The notes beneath the pieces were generated by a model. That model searched no databases, was not told the origin of the DNA, and was given only the letters and a program-made list of their open reading frames with translations. Below, one piece after another: positions 44,368-58,480 of a stretch of DNA of 64,000 bases. Position 1 is the first letter of the stretch. Each line of letters opens with the position of its first letter. This DNA comes from Octopus vulgaris (taxonomy: Eukaryota), in NCBI GenBank assembly GCA_951406725.2, contig OX597824.1, positions 56,792,001 through 56,856,000 of the forward strand, in the 5' to 3' direction. A program made the translations under genes and the position numbers.

Positions 44368-45445
44368 CAGTAGAGCAGCGCTCAGTACGAGTGCACTATT
44401 GTACGAGTAACTTGCTGTACGAGCCGAAGCTCATGCAAATTTTTGTCTTGAAGTACGAGTAGAAATCTGAAGTACGAGCGAGTTTTATACAAGCGACCGC
44501 TAGTCGGTGCTGAGATCCCAGAAGCTCTCCCAACAAGAGCATTCTTCGCTCGCTCAGTTCACGTGTTTATCTCCATCCATGTTGTGTTTTCCCAGTGTTT
44601 TGTTTAGTTTCGTGCATCTTTTGCTATTATTTTATAATATTTAGTCGTGATAGCCATGGGGTCCTAAGAAGATTAGTGCAAAGGACAGTGATGTAAAGAA
44701 GAAAAAGCTGATTACGATAGAATTGAGGAAGGAAATCCTTGATAAACATGAGAGAGGAGTGCGTGTAGTGGACATAGCACGCCAATACGACCGAAGCACG
44801 TCGAGGATCTGCATCATTTTGAAGAAAAAGAACGAGATCAAGGCCGTTACAACAGCAAAGGCTATCTCCAGGCTCTCTAAGCAACTCGCATCTGTCCACG
44901 AAACATTGGAAAAATTGCTTCTCCTGTGGTTCAACATGAAGTAAATTGCAGGGGTTACGGTTACGGAGACTATCATTTGCGAGAAAGCAGAACCCTGGAA
45001 CATCGATAGAGGAGACATCAGCAGACGCATTTCAAGAAGAGCATTGGTGTTCATAGCGTCGTCAGGTATGGCGAAGCATTGAGCTCTGATACGAAGGCAG
45101 CTGAAGATTTCGTGCGTGAATTCCGTCAGTTCATCGTAGCCGAGGGGTACATCGCACAACTGATATTCAGCTGTGATGAAACTGGCCGGTTTTTTGGAAA
45201 AAATACCCAGAGGAACCTACATAACTGCAGAGGAGAAGAAAATGCCAGGCCACAAGCCTATGAAAGATAGGCTAACTCTCGACCTTTGTGCCAATGCGAA
45301 TGTAGACTTGACGATTTAGCCACTTCTTGACTACCATTCCGAAAACCCACAAGTGTTCAAGTCGCACAAAACTCCGAAGGAGAAGCTGCAGGTCATGTGG
45401 AGGGAAAACGTTAAAGCCTGGGTCACCAAGCAATTCTTCAATGTG
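44368..45445 (+). mobile_element. Tigger/pogo DNA transposon remnant (TIGD1-like transposase pseudogene from 44656)
   Basis: TA-CAGT start, repeated gtacgag, ITIELRKEILDKHERGVRVVDIARQY, FSCDETG, MPGHKPMKDRLTL. Confidence 0.9.
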
Positions 45446-46211
45446 GAATCCAATAACCCACTACATTTCCTAAACCTGATCCAAAATTGTTTTCTCACAT
45501 CGCACATCTTCCGAATTATTTAATCGGCACAATTTAAAATTAAACATGTGCTGTATGACATGGTACTAGGAGAATCATTGAAGTTGTTAAACTCCCTCAA
45601 ATAATTGATAATTTCAGGAACTCGGAAGATAACTCTGTTGACACTTATTTCCAGAATGTTTCTCGAGATTCCGTGCTGACATTCTGAAAACGAAATCACA
45701 GGAAACATAACCACAATTGCCAAAATAGAGAGTTATTTCTCTCGGGATATTATGCATAGTGGTTGCTGCTGTGTTCCAGAAACGCATATCCCACTAAATT
45801 TTACATAGTAATATGCGAGAACGAACCGTTACTTAAACTATAATATCACTTTCAGGATGAATGTTAAAAGACATGAACAAACATCATTATCAAGTTGTAT
45901 GTGGTATGTGAAAAATAAGGCATTGTCATCTTTAATATCCCTTTAGTTAACTTGGGTTTTACCCAGGGTAAGAATCTTCTGATTAAAAATCACACACACA
46001 CACACATATGTATATATATATACATTTTTTCCTTCTAAGACACGATGTGTATATATACAAAATATATTGTACATATATGTAATTTTGTACGTTTTCTTTT
46101 TGTGCGGATGCACTTTACACATGCATACAAATACACATACATATGTATATTCACACACAAATATATTGTTCAGTTATACAGGAGAACAAGAGTGTCTGTA
46201 GCTCATATTTC

Positions 46212-46271
<60 letters not shown>

Positions 46272-46544
46272 ATGGTGACGTGAGAGACCACACACACACT
46301 ACGCACAGACTTTGTTAATCTCCATCTTCATCAAGAAATTCTTTCAACATATTCAATGTTTTGACATGTATTGTTTCAGTGAATTATATAAAGTTCTGTT
46401 TCCATTCACAGCTACCACCAGCACCAACACTACACCCCACCGCTTATGTCTACGCCTTTCTATCTTTTTGACCTTCGTTTTCTTGAAAAATTCATGGCTG
46501 CATGTAGCTGTTTCTGAGTTTTGCATGTGTATATCCTTTACATG

Positions 46545-46608
<64 letters not shown>

Positions 46609-47529
46609 ATTTATATGTGTGTGTACATATATATATATATGTATATGTGTGTAAATACATACACACACATACACATACACACATACACACACATACACAC
46701 ACACATACACACTCACTTACGCACACACACGCGCTCATATATACGCTAATAGAGGGAATGAGTGCACCGCATTGAAGGATAAATACTCTTCATTGGTTAG
46801 GGTATTGGAAAGTTGCGAGTTCGATTCCCGGCATTGCTTCAGTTCACTCAGCTGGTAAAAATGAGTTCTACCTGTAATTCGATGGGCCAGCCTTGTCACG
46901 TTTCGAGTGCGAGTGTTTGTGGAGTGCTTAACCACTTGTACGTTAATTTCACGAGCATGCTGTTTCGTTAATTGGATCAGTTGGAACACTCTTTAACAAA
47001 TATAATTGATTTTCATAACGAGAAAAAATTCTCAGCAATTATCAAACTTTCTGTATGGATGGAAATATACGAAGCTACAAGAGACTGTAAGGGATTTGGA
47101 GATAAATAAATGAATATACATATCATGGGAGATGACTTACAGGAAATTTCAATTATTTTTTCCTCTGCGTTAGAAATTACGGTAACCATGAATTAATTAA
47201 TTCCTTAATCATTTCATGTGAGAGCGCTCGTGTACACGAACGTCCAAATTTATAAACATGAATATAAACATACACTTATGTGTACATGCACATCCATACA
47301 AAATATGTATATACACGCTGGTACACACACATGCACACATAAACACACACATACACACCTACATTATGTATTCTTTTCGTTCTTGAGTATGTGCACAAAA
47401 TAGTGGAATTTCACGTAATTTTGACGCCAAATTTGGTCCGTGGCGTTGGAAGTTGATGGGCTTGTGGATTCATAGGTTTGTATATATATATATGTATTTT
47501 GTGAAATGTGCCTGTCTTTTATGCATAAT

Positions 47530-48480
47530 GTTCATGTAATGCATATAATTGATGTCCTGAGAAAAAAAAAACTTATCCAGGCTAGAGGAGTGGCAAAATG
47601 AGTGGGGGATCTTGCTTCAAAGTTCGAATTATGAGGTGTTGATTGAGTATGCAGGGGAAGAAGGTTTCCTCTCCATTGTATAAAAAGTTCACTGTTGATG
47701 TTATAACGTTTAGTTTTTCAGCTATGCAGAACTCGCATTTGCTGCCCCGTCCTCTGTATTCGCTAGCTTTAGCATTAAGGCTCTCTTTTTAAGTGTCTAT
47801 AACATACTGGATAAAGATCTTGCTTCAAAGTTCGAATTATGAGGTGTTGATTGAGTATGCAGGGGAAGAAGGTTTCCTCTCCATTGTATAAAAAGTTCAC
47901 TGTTGATGTTATAACGTTTAGTTTTTCAGCTATGCAGAACTCGCATTTGCTGCCCCGTCCTCTGTATTCGCTAGCTTTAGCATTAAGGCTCTCTTTTTAA
48001 GTGTCTATAACATACTGGATAAAGATGTTGGGTGTTCTTTGTTTTTATTTCTGAACGAAGCCAAATGTGGCGTATATCGCTCTTAGAAGGTGTTTCCCGT
48101 CATTCAAATATAAGTTCTTGTTGTTCCGTTCAAATCCGTAATGCTTGCACGCTAATTATTTTTCCTGGTGCTTATTGGCTCAAAAGAAAGGTGTCCAGAG
48201 ATATGCAGTTACAAGATCTTTGGAGGATGTTCCTAATGTTGTTATTTTTATTGTGATTGAAAATTATTGACCTTATATCAGGGAGGCTATAATAGCTAAT
48301 TTTAACCGTATTTCTGTTGAAGATCTTATGAAATTTATGTGAGGGAATTGGTTATACATGAGTTTTAGGAATTTTCTTGTTGTGTTAGTGGTAGCATTCA
48401 TACTATATGGGGGATCTTACCATAAAATTTTTCTCTGCCTACGTCTTCTTGGTTTATCTACCAAGGTAATTCCTCATGTA
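47530..48480 (-). mobile_element. Decayed Naiad-like PLE GIY-YIG region
   Basis: RTYI*MTGNTF*ERY..HLASF, GSKCEFCIAEKL. Confidence 0.65.
47608..48026. repeat. Tandem duplication, 208-bp unit
   Basis: 47608-47815 repeated at 47816-48023 with GAT microhomology; no difference seen. Confidence 0.92.
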
Positions 48481-48899
48481 TGTACAAAGGTAATTCCTCC
48501 CGTATGACGAGTAGATCCAAATATCGTTTAGAAGAATTTCAAGAAATTCAAAGTATTAGACAACAAAAATACGGACAGAAAAAAATCACTCTTTTAAATA
48601 TATCCGAAAATACATGTTAACACAACGTTTTCAAGACGATCTAAAGTTAGTTAAATTCGAAGTGAACTTAAGAAGAACTATATTTTAAGAAAAGTTATTT
48701 TTGTATTCAACTCCTGGTGACGTCATTGGATAACGAAAGAATTATAAACAAACATAAGAATGCTACGTTACGACAACCAGAAACATTGAGATTTTTCGTC
48801 ACGACAATTAGTTATCTATTTCTTAAATATAGTAAATCCTTTTTTTTTTAGAAGAGTTATGCTTATTATATAACATATGAAAAGCAATTATAATTAAGA

Positions 48900-49690
48900 A
48901 TTGAAATATTCAAATGCCTTCCGAAATTTGTAACATTTCATTGTAAAATTCTCATTAAATTTTAATAAAATTGATTTAGAATATGTAATACATTTCTTCA
49001 AGGCAAAGATCACATGTAGAATTGCCAACATTGTACGACTATGAGTAACTAATAATGGATCACTGTAAATCATACTTAATGTTCCTATCTTTTAAATCCC
49101 AATTGCATTTGCTAAGATTTGAAGGATCACTATTTCTTTAATACTTAAATGAATGAGAATGATTATGAAATCTAGATTTCCAAATTGTAGCAGATGGACC
49201 TACGTAGTAATACTTTAAATTCCCTGTTATTACTTTGTATTGATAGACTATCTTTCCCTTAAACACTGATTTTCTAAAGGACAATTTTGTTTTTACAATA
49301 ACACAGGCATTTATTCACTTGTATTTGGTACTCATGGTTAAAAGAATTCCTACAAATCCTTGTCTCAGAATTAGGTGTTAAAGCAGGGTTACAATTATTA
49401 TTGCTATAATTAATATTCAAACTAGGTATTAACTTAACTCTATTATAGGAATTACTTTTACTTAAAGAATAGAAATCTAGTTCAGGAAAATTATATACAT
49501 TATACATTACCAATTCTACTTATATACAATATACGTTATCAATTCTACTCTTGTTTACAGATTTTGTGTTGAGATACTCCCTAACTCTCTATTTATTATG
49601 TACTGTTATAATCTCACCTAAATGTCTAGTGGTTGAATACGAAAATTTTATACTATAGTGATTAAATAATTTCCCATATTTACTTATCTA
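48900..49690 (-). mobile_element. Decayed Naiad-like PLE GIY-YIG region
   Basis: CPLENQCL, IVYQYKV..YYVG..KSRFHNH, LSK..WDLK, CDLCLEE. Confidence 0.75.
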
Positions 49691-49699
49691 GTGCAGCAT

Positions 49700-50382
49700 A
49701 GAATTTTCGAGAGCTATTGGTAGCTATTGAGTATGTGAATGGTGTATTACACCATATCGTCACCAGTCACTATTCGGTCCAAAAAAGGTTCCTTCGTCAG
49801 AGGTGATAGTAGCATACATTCACTCTCTGTACGCGATTAAACTTTGAAAGTTTATGAGGAACTCATTGACCAAATTTGTTGACATTTCCGATGGCATGCA
49901 GATGTCAATGAATGGTTGAATGATCAAATTCAAGCTTCTCTGCTAGTTCCTCAACAGTTATAATGGGATTTTGTTCCACCAGGGTTTGCAGGACGTCCTC
50001 GTCAAGCTCTGCAGACCTTCCAGGACGAGGCTCGTTTTCTATGCTGTAGTTTCCGGCTCGGAATTTCTGGAACTACCGTTGACACTGGCTTACGCTTGTT
50101 GTCGGATCCCCATATACTGCAATAATATTCCTCGCACTTTCCGTTGTGTTGCCTTTATTGAACACGTAAAGCAAATATGCTCCTTTGTCACTTCCATTAT
50201 AGCTTTGAAAAAAATAACTGTTAAGATCGAATTGCACTCTTCAAAACTTGCACTAAGAATAAGGTTAAGGTAAAATTACTATCTGCTTTTATAGCATGTT
50301 GATGCAGGTAGTTTATCCCTTCCTCCTTCGAATTTTAGTTCATGCAGTTGAAAAAGCCTCAGATTTATAAGATGACCGAATA
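49700..50382 (-). mobile_element. Mariner transposon 5' half
   Basis: LDEDVLQTLVEQNP..TVEELAEKL..STI..*VPHKL (WVPHEL motif). Confidence 0.8.
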
Positions 50383-51147
50383 TATACACTTTATATAATT
50401 TATACACAATTTTATAGACTTAATACATAGCACTCATAAAATAAATATTCACTCTTATTTCTCCATTTTCCCCAGAACCGAAAAGGAATATCTCATACAT
50501 ATGATACAACCTTTAGTGAAATTGCATATATCTGCCCCGTAAATAAGCGTGAAAATTTCAAGAAATTGCACTTGTGCGCATGCGTTAAGTAAGTGAAATA
50601 AAAAAAAACTTAGTTCAATTAAAAAGAGAATAATTTTCACTACCCAATCACCTCTACTATCACCATCATCTGCTCTCTCCCCCTGTTCTCTCTCTCCTCT
50701 CTGTCTCTCCCTGCTCTCTCCCCTCTCTCGCTCTCCCTCCTCTCTCGTCCCTCTCTCTCTGCCTTTAACTTCACCATCAGAACATCACCCCTATGCTAAA
50801 ATTATATTTTTAACTCTCCTCCTCTATCTTCAACTGACTTTATTAACCACGAAATGAATATTACGTTCCTCTTACCTCATGCCACGGACGCTTTCCTCTC
50901 CCTCTTTCTTTCTCCCTCTTCGCCTTATCCTCTTTTTCTCTCTCCTTTTTCTTTCTGCTCTTTTTCCTTTCAACTAATCACATGAAAACGTTACAATTAC
51001 ATTCTTTCTACCTCACGTCATGGACGCTTCTCTCTTCCTCTTTTTCTCTAATCACGCGAAATCGTTACGGGCTAAGTAATGCAATGAGAAGCAGAATTGT
51101 CATAAGACAGAATTTTCCTACCGTAATTTTTATTCTCAAGCTCAAAC

Positions 51148-51205
<58 letters not shown>

Positions 51206-51740
51206 GAGCGAGAGAGCAGTACATGCGATCAAAGTGACACTAGGATAAATATACGAAGCCCAATACAGCCATCATGACTACCCGTCTCATTAGGGTACAG
51301 CAGACACATGCATCACGACCATATGTGCGCGACATGGTGATCTCATATCAAGATAAACAGCGCATGACCTCACACGTGGAACCTAGTAAGAATTTTCTTC
51401 AGGTTGAGTAGCCCATCCAGCTCAAAAGATCCCTAAATAAGGGTTGTCTAAGGACGATGAACAAAACACCTGAGTTTCCAAAGGTGAATTATTCAAGCCC
51501 CAAAGAATTCCTTTCAACACATGGCTACGATGCTCCTCCACTACTCGCGATCAAAGATGCACAAATAGTCAGCTATTAAGGGGTATGCTTAACTGGTGAA
51601 GGTCAAGTGACTGACAAGCAAATGTGTGGTATTGAGCAGAATATTTGCTGTAGTCCATCTTTTATACCAAGACACGATAGCACTTCTGGTCAATTAAGAT
51701 CAAAAATCATGAGAGCCACTGCCTGGTACTTCATCAGTGC
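51206..51740 (-). mobile_element. Second copy of the 550-bp (TAA)n-associated repeat
   Basis: Reverse complement of 11399-11951; (TTA)n at left, (TCA)n/(TTA)n at right. Confidence 0.85.
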
Positions 51741-51757
51741 ATTATTATCATCATCAC

Positions 51758-51806
<49 letters not shown>

Positions 51807-51840
51807 GTCGTCATCGTCGTCATTGTCATGATCATGATCA

Positions 51841-51932
<92 letters not shown>

Positions 51933-52151
51933 GTTATTATTATTAACGTTTATACCAACCGTATATTTAGTATCACTTTGAATTTAGCTAATTTTGGATC
52001 TCCTTGAAATCATTGTCTTAACATTTATATTCGGATATATGCATTTCAATATTTTCTATATCTAAATATATTGATACAACAGAAATGGTTGTCAGCATAC
52101 TATAGTGAATTCTGCAGTTAAAGATGTGATTTTCTTTATCCGTATTTTTGT

Positions 52152-52206
<55 letters not shown>

Positions 52207-52267
52207 TTAAACATTTAAACAAAGAGATGACACCGGAATAAACAAAAGTTACGTAATGGACTTCATT

Positions 52268-52348
52268 AGCTTACAACTGTTTCGGCAATAAGGTGTGGTG
52301 GACTCTTCGATGACTACCAGGATAACAGCCTATAGCTTCATCAGAACC
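52268..52348 (-). ncRNA. Type-I hammerhead motif next to (TA)n
   Basis: ggtt-CTGATGA-agc..gcc-GAAA-cagttg-TA-agct. Confidence 0.7.
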
Positions 52349-52541
52349 TTGAAGATGAAGTGCACTTTATTTTCAGAACATACAAGCGTTATGAATGAAA
52401 ATGTTTATGCTGATTGGTTATAGAAAGTTCTGTTCCAAAGTAGCAAAAATGAATGCAAATACACGCATGCGTTTAGGATAGAATTAAAAGGGAGACACAT
52501 GAGTAGACGCGCGCACACTCGTTCATATACATACATAAATG

Positions 52542-52591
<50 letters not shown>

Positions 52592-52596
52592 CATAT

Positions 52597-52651
<55 letters not shown>

Positions 52652-52836
52652 CACACACATACACATGTCTACACACACACAAGTCCGTACAAAAATGTAT
52701 TCGGAAAGACAATCACACGGAGAGCAGAGATAGGGACAGAACTTTCCATAGCCATCAGGTGCCATCTCTTTGTTTCTATTAGCACTCTATACAATTTTCA
52801 CTAAGAAAAAAGAAACAACAAAAAAACTAGGATATT

Positions 52837-53160
52837 TGACCTCCTAATATGCTGCAAATCCCTTATTTTGGTTCGGGAAAAAGGTGGGGGGACCGCTGCC
52901 CCCTTCCTTCCCAGAATCATTGGACAATTTCTTTTCGTTGTAGCATACTAGGAGGCCTGTAACCTCCTAATATGCTTCAAAACCCTTTTTGGGGTGCGAA
53001 AAACGGAGTGGGGCGAGGTGGAAGCCTCGGAAATTTCACCCCCACCATTGATCTTTCACCCGCACGACTTTCACTTAGGAAAAAAGGGATAGAGGAGCGG
53101 TTCCTGCCACCCTTTTTTTCCCGAATCAAAATAAGAGATTTGCAGGATATTAGGAGGTCA
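52837..53160. mobile_element. MITE-like element with inverted repeats of about 62 bp and an internal third copy
   Basis: tgacctcctaatat.ctgcaaatc.cttattttg at both ends; partial copy near 52962-53005. Confidence 0.65.
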
Positions 53161-53588
53161 GGGTATTTGATTCCACGTAAAAAATCCAAGTTTTTTTTCT
53201 TAGGGAAAATCTTGCGGGAGTTTATATAGAAATTTACCATATTTTGCTGTTATTTAAACTCGAATCAACCCTGATACAGCAAACCTATCATCAAAGACAT
53301 TCCAGACTTCAACAAACCGTCTTTTTAGGGATAATCTAGGACATTACGTACATTGGGCGTGATTTAGATAGGGGAATACTTTGGCTGCTATTTTTAGCGT
53401 GTCGAGCGACCAGGTACAGGCTTTTGCATTGGTTCGATTGCGTGATGAGATTTTTTTTACACATATATGTATGTATATATATCATCGGCAGAAGTTAGAG
53501 AGTAAGTCAAAAGCTAAGAGTTTCGTGTATTGACACTTATCAAATACGAATTTGGCCATTATCACCCTGTAACTTCTGCCTATTATTA

Positions 53589-53623
<35 letters not shown>

Positions 53624-54017
53624 GATAGATAGCTAGCTAGCTATATAGATATATAGATGGACACATTCTCATATATGTTGCTATAAAAACATCTCTAGTT
53701 ATTAAAGAAGGGTTTTGTTAGGGGAGACTTTCAGTTTAAATTTTTCTGTTTACGGACACTCATCGTTTTGTCAATGGATCTGGAAGTTGTTCGCAAACAG
53801 CAGCAGTAATTTTCTTCAGCTGAACACACGTCGTTGATTGGTTAAAATTAACCAAATACGACAACTTTAACACGAAATAACTTCTAAAATACAAAATTTT
53901 GTCGAAAACGTTAAGAGTAGTTAAAAAATAATTAATTAAAAGATCTGTCCGTCAAATTGAATACATCCAATTGCTGGCCTTGTGCCAGAGTTTGAAACTA
54001 ATATTTCAGTATTCTAA

Positions 54018-54160
54018 CGCGGCGAGATGGCAGAATCGTTAGCACGCCGGGTAAAATGCTTACCAGCATTTCGTTTGTCTTCTAACTTCTGAGTTCAAAT
54101 TACCGTCAAGGTCGACTTTGCTTTCATCAATTCCGGATTGATAAAATAAATACCAGTTGA
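54018..54160 (+). mobile_element. SINE 5' part (3' part at 60246-60335), split by a PLE
   Basis: Matches the intact SINEs at 61382-62300. Confidence 0.8.
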
Positions 54161-54217
54161 CTATTATTTACATTATTTACATTTGACGGATATTTGTCCT
54201 CATCTTGTTTGTTGTTA

Positions 54218-54261
54218 ACTCAACGTTTCAGCTGATATACCTTCCAGCCTTCATCAGTTGT
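54218..54261 (-). ncRNA. Minimal HHR in the PLE 3' end
   Basis: CTGATGA-aggctg..cagct-GAAA-cg-TT; stem I eroded. Confidence 0.7.
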
Positions 54262-54651
54262 CTTCGGGAAATTTCGAACCTGGATTCTCATTCCTAAGGT
54301 ATTTTTCGATGTTGTTGTCGTTGTTATTATTATTATTATTGGGGTAAGCAGCTCGCGCTCTTAACCACTACGCCATATGCCCGTGAGCAATTAGGAAGTA
54401 TATTTTAGGGCTTATGAGTCTAATATTTTCCTGTCCTTCCTTAATACCGGTTCCCATATGCTATTCATATCTGCACTCGGTCTGCTTAAGAGAGTGTTGT
54501 GTCCTACCATATGTGCTGTTTCATTTAGTTTTCGTATTTTCCAGTGGTGTTCTCTGTCTATTATTTTAACTTCATCCCACAGGGGGAGGTGGTCTCCATT
54601 TTTCTATACACGATTAGCTATATCCGATTTATCAATATCTCCTCGTGTCAC

Positions 54652-54927
54652 TGTGGTGTCTGTGAGAGATTCGAAATAAAGGCACCTACCTTCTCTTCGC
54701 TCAGATGGAGACCCTTCAGCGGTAATGGATCCTTCAACACAGCCCGACCTGAACGCTAGAAATAGCTGCTGCTTCTCCCAAACTTAACAACGTGCTGACC
54801 CGTCTTACTCGCTCGGCGACCACGATCGAAAGGCCGAATGCTACCTTACCTGCGCACGCATCACTGCTGCTCCTTCCGGTCAGCCCCAAGTCCCGGTCAG
54901 CTCCCCAGCTGCTGACGTCATACCACA
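54652..54927 (-). repeat. 3' LTR
   Basis: Direct repeat of 58493-58768, about 17 substitutions by eye. Confidence 0.95.
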
Positions 54928-54958
54928 CGCCACCCTGATCTTAAAGATCACAATCTCT

Positions 54959-57685
54959 CTACTCCATGTCGTAGTCCACCATCCAACCGGGAGGGCGCCT
55001 TGCGCGTCGAGATCTTCTCAAGCTAGGTACCTCGTTCTCCCCCTCTCCACAATCGTCCTCCGTCGAAGCAACAATCCTGCGAAGGTCTAAGACGTGTCGC
55101 GGCATTCCATCCACGGAGACGTTGTTTCTGGAATTGACCGCCGTCACCGTTCCTCTGCTCCATTGAGACGTACAGCGCGCCTTCGGTGGCTTAACCCAGA
55201 CTTCCTCCCCTATTTTCACGCAAGAGGGTCCCTTCTATTCCTCGTAGCCCTCCGGCGCTTTACTCGGGTACCTCCATTCATATTTAAATACAGCTCTCTG
55301 CGGCACAGATTCTTCAGCTTGTCCGGATCAGGGAGGCAAGTTGTACCAAAAAACTGCTTCAAACGGCAAAATGTGCCCTCTTTCCGCTATGGCCTTGAGT
55401 GTCCGATGGTGCCTCTCTACGATCCCGTTACCGCTCGGCCTATACGCTGCTCTGAACAAGCGACGCACCTTCCACCGGTCAAGCATATCCCTCAATGCTT
55501 CCGAACGAAACACCGCCCCGTTGTCCATTAGCAGTTCTTTCACGGGACCTCTCTCTAAAAATATCCCGTTCAAGATCTGCGCAATCTCGTCAGCAATGCT
55601 CGTTTTCAACTCCCTCCAAATGGCCAGCCGACCCGGCTCGGCCCGCAGTCGACCATGGAGAGATACATTCTCTGACGGGGAAAAGCTAGCCTTTTCCAGT
55701 TGTGCTCCACCGAAAGATTTCCCTGTTCATGCCCACACGGAGCAGGGTCAACGGACTGACACCTGTCGCAGCTCCCGACCACTTTCCGGATGCTTCTCCT
55801 GGTGACGTCAGTATCAATTTTCTTCGCCAGATACAGGGTCCTGTCCACACCCAAGTGATGCATAGCATGCAGTCTCTTCAGTTTAGAGTCATCCAACCGA
55901 CACGCTGCAGCTATCCCTTTCCGGGCCTCCTCCGGTTCCTCCAACCACGCCCTTTTCACCCTGGTCAGTGCGTCCGCCCTGTTTTTCTCCGAAGGCTCGA
56001 AAACCACGTTCAGCTTCAGTCCAAACTCGGCAATCAATTCTCCTAGAACTCCTAGACGGTGCTTCGCCAACATCTCCGCGGCACCTTTCGTCCGAACTCT
56101 CCTTTCACCGGTGATCACCGATCCTACCCAGCCAAGCAAAGTGGCCGAATCCGTCCGGATTTCAATTGCCCCCATTTCAGGGCCAAGTTCACCCCTTTCA
56201 GCACCGCGTCTAATTCGGCGACATTGATGTGGTTGAAGTCATCTGCTTTCCGAAGCCAGGCCGCGTCCTCCACCGCAGCGACTTCGATCGCCAACACAAT
56301 CTCTATCGCTATACTGCTAGCATCACACCAGACGGTCCCGCATTCCGTCTTGGGCACGTACCAGTTCCCTCTGACCGGGTCTTCCGCTCTCGTTCTCTCT
56401 AGGATTTCCTGCATCATCGCCACCGTCCCTTCTCCCACCTTGTCGCCCCAACTCTCCCCCTCCGCTCGTCTCTTGGTGTAACTACACGCCGTGCGCAGCC
56501 ATCCAGCGATCGGGTAGTGACCGACCAACTTCCCACACACCGAGAACAGCTCTCTCCTGCTGACGCCGGAACTCAGCTCTGGGATTTCATTCCCTCTCAG
56601 GAACACCAACTCACCCGATCTATCTCTTCGCAGCTTCAGCCCCAGTGCGGCTCCCCCTTCCATCGTCTCCGGTGATTTCGCAATCAGTCCGAACTTCTCC
56701 AGATGTCTAACTACCTCGTTGGCTGGCACTACAGTTTCGTCCACCAAAATGTCGTCAATGTAGGAGCTGGTGGCCTTTCTAATCTTGCCGTCTTTCCCTA
56801 GGACGGACCTAAGCACTGCCGCCATGATCTTCGGAGCGGAATTCAGCCCGAAACCCAGCCTGGTTAGACAGTACGTCCGGCCCTTGTACCGCACCAGCTG
56901 ATATCGCCACAGTTTGTCGCTCACATGGAGCTGCAAGTATGCCGATTTCAATTCGACAATCGCCGCTGCCTTGGTCGACTGTCTCCACGCACATAACATC
57001 TCGCCACAAACGTCCGTCGCCTCACCTCCCGTGTGACACGATATATGCTGGTTTAGCTCCCTGAAGTCCAGCACCGGTCTGACTTTTCCCTCCGTAGGCT
57101 GCACCACCACCATCAGGGGTAGCACTCCGCCCGCTACCTCCTCCTTCCAAGGGACAAGGACCCCTTCCTCGATCCACCTCTCCACCTCGTCTTCAAACTC
57201 GACCCTGGCGTGGCCTTTCAGGGTATGCTGGTAGCAGCTCACTCTGTTTTTCGTCCTTTCATCGCCCCTCTATCGTCCACCGCCTGAAAATCTTTGTCCT
57301 CGATGGTGTAAGCGGCGCAGTCCCTCGCGGGACTCTGCTCTCCCTGGCGATCCTGACTCGCCGTGCACGTCGCCCCCACGCTTCCGAACGTGACCTCATC
57401 TCCCACAATACTGACGCCACCGAGGCGGTTGATGGCGTCCATCCCCATCACCACATCAACCCCATCTATTACGCGTTCAGCCACAATTACCTGCAGCCTT
57501 AGCGTTGCGGCGCGCACCACTATCTCTACCTTGCTGCTGCCTTTGCAACGGATTTCGCTGCCGTCGACCGCCCGGACGCTACTTGCCCCTTTCCATTTCT
57601 TCGACACCCTTGAATTCACAAGGGTAGTCGTGCAGCCCGTATCCACGAGGGCCTTGAACGTCTTCCCCTTCGGCCTCCACGTCAA
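54959..57685 (-). pseudogene. pol (protease, RT, RNase H, integrase), frameshifted
   Basis: ALVDTGC; RPVLDFRELN, LGFGLNSAP, YIDDILV; WCDAS, AELDA, TDS, NRADALTR; H..HLG..C..C, DNG, GNGIVERHHRTLK. Confidence 0.92.
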
Positions 57686-57776
57686 TTAATGGCAGCGTCT
57701 CCAAAAGCGCCTCTACTCGTTTGCGGGGAAAGTTCGAGAGGAAGCAACTTCCCCGCGGTCGTTTCCCTGGTCGCAA

Positions 57777-58457
57777 TCACGGGCGATGTGCCTTGTCTGC
57801 CTGCATCGATAGCAAACGGGCCCCGGTTGCGTACACTCCCTCGCCATGTGCGACCCCTGACATCTTAAACACCGACCTGAGAATGGCCGCGGTAGGCTTC
57901 TGCACGTCTTTCTCTGGCCGTCGTCCGTCTTTACACACCGCCATCGCTATCGCCTTCCGCCCAGAGTGTCGCGTCAACACGCGGTCTTGAGTCACAAGTT
58001 CGCTCAGCGTCATCTTTTTACTCCTGGCCAATTGTTGTAGGTGAATCCCTACATCGTCGGGGAACCCATTTACGAACGCCAGTCGTGCTGCTCTCTCCAA
58101 CCCTTCTCCTGTAAACCCAGCCAGCGTCGCTAACCTTCGAACTTCTGCTGCATATTCGTCCACCTGTCCTCCCATCCATCTGATCGTACCCAGCTTAGCA
58201 AAAGCTGTGTACTCACACTCTGTGTAGGTATCCCTCAGACGTTGCTCGATCTTTTCCTCGTTCAGACGTTCTTCCTCGTCCATCTCAAGATATAGCGTCA
58301 ACGCGCTCCCTTCCAAATACAGCGCCATAAGACTTGCCACATCGCTTATACCTTGCAGTCTTGCCACCAGCCTGATTTTACGCATCCAGGCCACTACATC
58401 GCCTTCTCCATTAAAGGGTCTGATGATGTCGCTGGCGATCCTGATTTTCGCTGCCAT
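57777..58457 (-). pseudogene. gag-like ORF
   Basis: 226-aa ORF starting 36 nt after the 5' LTR; PFNGEGDVVAW..LYLEGSAL; CCHC knuckle frameshifted near 57780-57830. Confidence 0.8.
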
Positions 58458-58480
58458 CGTGGTGACGTCTTATACGGAAC

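Noticed and set aside
48900-49300. In-frame TGA in Naiad-like remnants as selenocysteine
   Set aside because: The TGA replaces an expected Trp in a copy with many other lesions; no SECIS identified.
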